Source: Eledone cirrhosa (Eukaryota). From it: a DNA stretch of 64,000 bases. The notes below the pieces were generated by a model. That model was not told where the DNA came from and did not search any database. It was given only the letters and a program-made list of their open reading frames with translations. Positions within the stretch are counted from its first letter, which is position 1, and every line of letters starts with the position of its first letter. The stretch spans positions 367,474,001-367,538,000 of the forward strand of contig OZ024740.1 of NCBI GenBank assembly GCA_964016885.1. Reading direction: 5' to 3'. The position numbers and the translations under genes were made by a program. Shown in pieces: positions 57,115-64,000 of this stretch.

Positions 57115-58002
57115 CAGGGTGCGGACTATATCTGTTAGCAAGATTACTGTCTAGGAAAAAATAACACTAGTTTTAATTTTTAAGATATATTTATCAAACT
57201 TGGGTCAGTTTGTCTTCATGACTTGTTCTTTAGATCTCACACGATAAACCCGCCATTGGCTTTGATGACGACCTCAAGGTGGCCTCGGAAACGGCTACAG
57301 ATCTTCGTCACTGTCCCCCGACTTAGGACCCTAAAGGCACTTGTGATCCTGGCCTTCAGATCGTCTTTCGTATTGCAGCTAGATCTGTTGGTATCTCGTT
57401 CCACTGCGCCCCACACAAACAAGTCGATGGCGTTGCAGTCAGGCGAGCTGGGAGGCCAGATGTCAGGTGAAGTGTGGTCGACGAAGTTCTCTGACAGCCA
57501 GGCTTGGGTCTTTCGGCTGGTATGGCAGGGCGCTGAGTATTGCTGCTACACGTACGGCCTACCTGCAACTACTTGGTCGATTCAGGGCTTTACTACCTCG
57601 CTCGGAAGGCGGATGTAGCCATCGGTGTTCAGCTTGAGGCCCTCGAGGAAGAAGTGAGGTGGCATGACGTCACCTTGACTGCTGACGACACCTAAGACCA
57701 ATGTTGTCGCTGGAAACTTTGTCTGCATGACTCTGGGCACCTCTTTGGATGAGACAGCGAGCCACCTGTTGTTTTGGGAGTTGATCTTCTGGCCATATTT
57801 ATCCTCTTGGCGCGGATTCCAAGATGAACTCCGTGTCTCTTCCACAAATTTGGAGGTTCAAAATTATTCATAATCAATTATTCTGAACATAAATAATGGA
57901 AATATAGTCTCTGTTTTTATGAAGACAAGAGTGACAACGGAAAAAAAAAAATTGCATAAAACTAGCAGTTGAAAATTGCGAACAAATATCGTCCGCACCC
58001 TG
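57115..58002 (-). mobile_element. Tc1/mariner-superfamily DNA transposon, internally deleted
   Basis: TIRs cagggtgcggac.atat.tgtt.gcaa at both ends with TA flanks; transposase remnants NSQNNRW, GVVSSQGDVMPPHFF, WPPSSPDCN, VWGAVE...VIKANGGFI. Confidence 0.9.
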
Positions 58003-58467
58003 TACATACATACATATATATACATATATATATATGGGTGTGTATCATATATAACATATATATGCATGCTTACATTTATATATACACACACACATATATA
58101 TATATCGTTATGAACATCTGCTCACACTCAAATATATACCATTTAGCACAAAGTGGATCTAATTTGAATATGGTAATTACTGTATCAAAACGGGATTATC
58201 AATATGAATCTGTATTCTGAGTTAGAATGAAGCAGAGAAAAAATATTATTGTAAAATGGTCAAAACAAGACGACAGAAATAATATCAATATGAAGTCGAA
58301 ATTATGGAATGCGTGGATAAATTTGGTATAAAAGGAGAATAATGAATGGGAAACTTCGGTGCAGTATTATAAGTTATGAGATTAATGAAGGTAGAATAAA
58401 TAGAAATATAGAATTGAACAATTTTATATATGCATACACAGACACACACTCACACATTCACAGAGAC

Positions 58468-58486
58468 TGAGAGAGAGAGAGAGAGC

Positions 58487-58566
<80 letters not shown>
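58468..58566. repeat. (GA)n microsatellite
   Basis: Direct reading. Confidence 0.95.
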
Positions 58567-58569
<3 letters not shown>

Positions 58570-58777
58570 TATACTTACATTCACACATATGCAATCTTAG
58601 CATTAATCAAATTCACTGCCCTCACTTATTTTGTAAGAATCAGGAGAATGTTGCTTACAAGGAAACAATACACGTGAAGTATTTATTGCATTAATCGGAA
58701 GGAAGAAAGAAATCATAGACTAGAGGTGGATTTAATCTCAGAAAAAAATATCTGATTAGTCGAATCCATTATAATAA

Positions 58778-58955
58778 TTGTTTCTACTTTTGGCACAAGG
58801 CCAGTAATTACCCAGTGCATTACTGGTACTTTATTTTATCGACCCCATAAGGATGAAAGGCAAAGTTAACCTCGGCGGTATTTGAACTCAGAATATCAAG
58901 GTTCGTAACTCTATGCTGGAAAGCATGGTGTCCGACCCTCTACCGATAATGGAAA
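58778..58955 (-). mobile_element. tRNA-derived SINE
   Basis: Same family as 4885-5071; flanking duplication aatccattataataat. Confidence 0.85.
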
Positions 58956-60482
58956 TCCATTATAATAATGTTTTACATACATGCTGCGTTGAAAATATAC
59001 ACATTTTGAACTTAGGTGATTCAACATATATCAGGCTTGTCATTGAATGAACAACTACCTATATATTAAGATAGGTCTCTCACATTATTTCTGTTGGATG
59101 TGTACTTCTCAACATCGTCTCCACAAAGAACGGCCGATAATCAGAATCATTAGAAACCTGGACAAAACGCCGCAGAATTGAAATGCTTATGAGCATGGGA
59201 ACAACAATCGAACCAGTACGCTACGCACCTTTCCGTGGAGAGAAATCGATGATGTCGAGTTTATCAATCAAAGTACTTCCCTGATACATATTTTATTTAT
59301 AGCTGGCTGATTGAAATATTCGATCGTGGCATGAATGAACTTAATACTAAATATATTACAATGTTGTTTCATAACATTATACATATAAATTTATAGACGT
59401 CTTGCAGAAAGTGACATGACCTTCACAATATGAAACGAAGGGAAAGAGGTAGAATTCATAGTTTTGTATAATGTTTACTGACAAAAAGATCTCGGTTCTA
59501 TGACAACACACCAAACACTTTATCATTCTTAAGTGAATAGGTCGCACATAGTTCAAGTAACCTTTGCATAATAGAATCTGCTGAAATATAAAATAGGTAA
59601 AAATCTATGGGAATAATAATATTTTTTTGTCTGGGTCTGCTTTTATATCTAACAAAACACTTCTTACGTAACAGACAACAGATTAACACAATTACAAACG
59701 TATGTATGTATGCATGTATGTATGTCAGAATGTATATTTGCAATTTTACATACTCTTTTATTTTATTTTAATTGTTTCAGTCAGTAGATAGAGGTTATGA
59801 TGGGTCACCGCCTTGATGTGTAGTCGATATCTAGAATGCGTTTAGCAACGGAGAAGAGCGTGTGTGGTTTTATACGCATATGCATATATAGAAAATAATG
59901 GAGAGGATATATCTAGTCCTCTGTGCGGCCTAGAAATAACATGACCAATATTTTCCAACGGATCCCTTGATAAGATATAGTGCTTCTGAAATATATTGGG
60001 TCGAATAAATATTTTCATCACCTTTGCATTTAGCCTCGCCTCTCTCAAACTTTCATATGATTTGCTACCTGAATGTCTAGATACATTATGTGGTAGCGGC
60101 TTCCAAGTCATTATCCATCTATCTAGCTGTCTATATCTATCTATCCTCCTTTCTATTTATTTCCATCACTCTCCCTTTCTCATTCTCTCTATCTTCTTCA
60201 TAATATCTATCTATCTAAACACACACACATACACACACACACATACACATACACACACACACATACACACACACATGTATATATTCAAAACAACATGTTA
60301 CTCGAAGATTCATCATTATTAACTTGCAATACTTTAAGTAATATCGTTATCATTCTTTTCTGAAGACTACTGTTTGAGGTTTCACTACATAAACATATGT
60401 TCTAACTTTTATCCGATATTAGTTCGCGTGACACATTTGGATACACTCCCAGCTACACAGACACACACGTATAACTAAATAC

Positions 60483-60523
<41 letters not shown>

Positions 60524-60534
60524 TCTAAAGTCTG

Positions 60535-60885
<351 letters not shown>

Positions 60886-61039
60886 AAGCATGTTAAAATA
60901 ATGATGCAAATTGATTCCAGCACCAACGTCATGTTTTTTCTTCTAAATATGATTTGTGAGTGAGTGACGGAGTGTATGTGGCATATTCAGTATAGGCGTG
61001 TGTTTGATTGACAACATGACCCTCTCAAAGAATAACATC

Positions 61040-62270
61040 CACATTCAGAGAAATCCCTGAGCAAACTGAGGACGTTGAGGCACAGTGGAGATGGAGCAGC
61101 GCAGCAGTTGCTGCTTCAGCTGTTAAAGAGTCAATAATGCCAGCTCAGCAAAGAAGTCAATAATGCCAACTCAGCAAAGGAGGCTTACAAAGCCTGGCTT
61201 GGAAATAAGTCCTTCTTCCTACAATAGCGGTACAAGCAGGAAGAAGACTCTCAGCAGAGAAAGAAAAAGGCATCAAATCGTAAGACATGGGAGGACTTTG
61301 GGGTTAATCTTGAACTCCAATTCAGATCAGCAAATAAAGGGTTCTGGTGGACCATCCGCTGACTTCGTAATAAGAGATCTTCCTCCACACATGCTGTCAG
61401 GCATGCGTCTGAGGTTCTCCTCTCTTCAATGAGGTGCATCTTCGTGAGGTGGAGAGAATACTTTGCTGATCTCCTAAAGCCGATCACAAGAACATCTTTT
61501 GATCTACACGAGGTGCATCTGGGAGCGGTGACTATTTTCTCAGCGCTTGCGGTCACAAGAGGAGTTAAAGAGCTCAAATGTGGCAAGACCGCTTGGGAAG
61601 ATGAAATCCGACTCGAGATGTTAAAAGCTTTAAATATAAAATGTATTCTATGTCGGCTGGCTTTGATCTCTGATAAGGCACCTAAGCAATAGCAATCGGG
61701 AGTTATAATCCCAATTTTCAAAAAGGGACATAAGGAGATTGTTCCAATTAGACAAGGATCTTCCTATTACCCCACCCCCAGTAAAATCTATGCGAAGTGT
61801 CTGGCAAAGAGATGCAGGAAGATTGCCGAGTTCAGAATAGGTATTCAACAGTGTGGTTTTCGCCCCTGACGCAGCACAGCCGACCAAATATTCACGCTGC
61901 CACAGATCTTCGAGTCATTGCGGGTGTATTGATAAGAAGTATGTTCTTTTTTTATCGACCTTTAAAAGGCATATGAGTTCGTTTCTTGGGATCTGCTGTG
62001 GAAGGTTCTGCAGGAATATGTGATCGATGGTCAGCTTAATGCTGCCCTGATGTCACTATACGAATGGCCGACTATCTGTGTGCGCCAAGAGGGCGTACTA
62101 TCACCACTCCTGTTCATTGTTCACATGAACAGGATTGACATGCACAGCCATGTTGGAAATGGTATCATGACTGGTAAGTGTAAAATCAGTCGGCTGTAAT
62201 TTGCATATGACATGGTATTATATAACTCGACAGAATGTGATGCCGAGAGCGGCATAGATGGAATGAAAAC
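61040..62270 (+). pseudogene. Decayed RTE-clade (Rex3/Expander-like) RT
   Basis: WREYFADLL, EDEIRLEMLKAL, GVIIPIFKKG, GFRP...DQIFTL, FIDL.KAY, GVLSPLLFIV.M across frames. Confidence 0.75.
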
Positions 62271-62402
62271 AGTGCTGTGAAATATACGCCACACATACGC
62301 ACGCACACACACACATATATATATATATGTAAGTTTATCTCTGGTTCAATCCGGAGTAAGGTATTCAATACATAGTAGAGTATAAATATTTAATATAGAA
62401 AT

Positions 62403-62506
62403 AGCTTCTACAGGACTAGAGCTGTTTCATTCGAGAGAAATCATCAGGAAACCCAGCTTCCTGATGATTTCTCCCGAATGAAACCTTTCTAGTTCTGGAG
62501 AAACTG
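62403..62506. ncRNA. Back-to-back hammerhead pair (minus 62403-62452 near-intact; plus 62455-62506 decayed)
   Basis: Minus copy: gtttc-CTGATGA-tttctctcgaat-GAAA-cag-ctctagtc-ctg-TA-gaagc. Confidence 0.8.
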
Positions 62507-62597
62507 TTTCTATGTTAAATATATATATATATACAAATTGGAATATATACATGTATATGCACTCACACACACAATACATATATATATTTAAATATAT

Positions 62598-63795
62598 ATC
62601 GTTTCTGAATTTGTTTAGCAAGATTCTTTATCTGAACACGTCGTGTGTTGAAACCGATATTGTTATACTTTGGGAGGGTCATGTTGCCAATAAGAAACAC
62701 ACGCACCAGTTGCTTTCACTTCAATTTATTATAATAAATTTATAAATTGAGGAATTTATAAATTTCCGGTTGGTTGATTGGTTGGTTCCACAACCGGATG
62801 GTTGTTTATATATTATCAAAGTGTTTTCGTTATACATTCTGTGACTCCTTCAGTGACCCCCTCAGTGACTGGGGATTCCTTTCTTTGTTTTTGTACCTCT
62901 CCTTTGCTCTGTCCTACGCCATTTTGTTTCTGTGTGTGTGTTGTGTGCTCAGTCTGCGCATGCGCCACATCCGGGTGTCCGTGTGTGTTTATATTCGTTT
63001 ATTTATTTGTTTATTTACATGTTACAGGTTGGTTGTTTGTTCTATGTGCGTGTGTGTTTTCATTTTGTCCTTAATTGTAAGTTGTGATGTTGCTGTTCCA
63101 CTCATGTTTTCTATTTAATTTTGGTTGTAATTCTTTTATGTTTATTGCTTCTGTGATTTGTCTAAACATTGCGTCTTTTCTGTGTGTAGATTCTATTTTT
63201 ATTTCTATGTTCTCTAATTTACCCTTATGTTCTATTTTAGCATGTTGGTAGAGTACAGATGATTCTTTACTATCTTGAAGGTTTCGCCAGTGTTCATTTA
63301 TCCGTTCCCCTACACTACGAGCTGTCTCACCTATGTACACTATATTTTTGTCTCTACATTGTCCTTCAGTACATCTTATGCTATATACTACATTTCTAGT
63401 TTTACAGTTAATATGGGGGCTTAATTTACAGGTTATACATTTCTTATCTATACAGGGGGGGTGTCTTTGAAAATGGTATGTCTTGCTAATAAATGTTTTT
63501 ACGGAGGTACATGGTCTTTCTACTATCTTACTATTGAGTTTATGTTTATCTAGGGCCCTTCTAAATGTGTAAGCTAATTCACCTCTAGGGGTTGTATCGA
63601 TGAACATTACACTCTGGTATTTATTGCTATCATACCATGAGTTTATTCTATTAGCCTTATTCCTAGTTCTTTCTATTCTATTCCAAAATTTGCTCCTATA
63701 CAAGGGGCAGGTCCCATTTGTGTCATTATTTACCATTTTTTCCCATTTGGTTCTGGCTCCTCTATACACTCTGATTTTATCTCTCTGATTGTAAC
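62598..63795 (-). mobile_element. 5'-truncated PLE (family of 39716-42041): GIY-YIG plus 3' UTR
   Basis: ORF 63071-63795 (SGYNQRD...YIGETARS) is nearly identical to 40760-41494. Confidence 0.92.
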
Positions 63796-63993
63796 CAGAA
63801 GGGGTCACAGAATGTGTGACGAAAAAACTTTGACAATATATAAACAACCATCCGGTTGTGGAACCAACCAATCAACCAACCGGAAATTTATAAATTCCTC
63901 AATTTATAAATTTATTGTAATAAATTGAAGTGAAAGCATCTGGTGCGTGTGTTTCTTATTGGCAACATGACCCTCCCAAAGTATAACAATATA
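63796..63993 (+). mobile_element. Inverted copy of the same PLE 3' terminus, ending at (TA)n
   Basis: Reverse complement of 62657-62850. Confidence 0.88.
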
Positions 63994-64000
63994 TATATAT

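Noticed and set aside
59060-60111. Exon-like minus-strand segments in non-repetitive DNA
   Set aside because: No consistent splice chain or recognisable protein; needs RNA-seq.

Overview
AT-rich eukaryotic DNA, probably from an octopus-like cephalopod (inferred from the recurrent tRNA-derived SINE). It is made almost entirely of (TA)n/(TAA)n/(CA)n microsatellites and retroelements, and no host gene could be established. Main content: at least three types of Penelope-like elements (PLEs: reverse transcriptase plus C-terminal GIY-YIG endonuclease), mostly inserted in (TA)n and often arranged back-to-back, including a ~7.6-kb palindrome (48.86-56.49 kb). Also present are three tandem R4/Dong-type non-LTR copies in (TAA)n nested inside a PLE, CR1- and RTE-like fragments, five SINEs and a Tc1/mariner deletion derivative. 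The most notable feature is about 25 type I hammerhead ribozyme (HHR) motifs, intact or decayed, from roughly ten unrelated sequence families, found by hand-folding. Some sit in ORF-less tandem units that resemble retrozymes (631-bp unit with two perfect HHRs; 489-bp unit with one). All folds and alignments were done by eye and coordinates may be off by a few bases.
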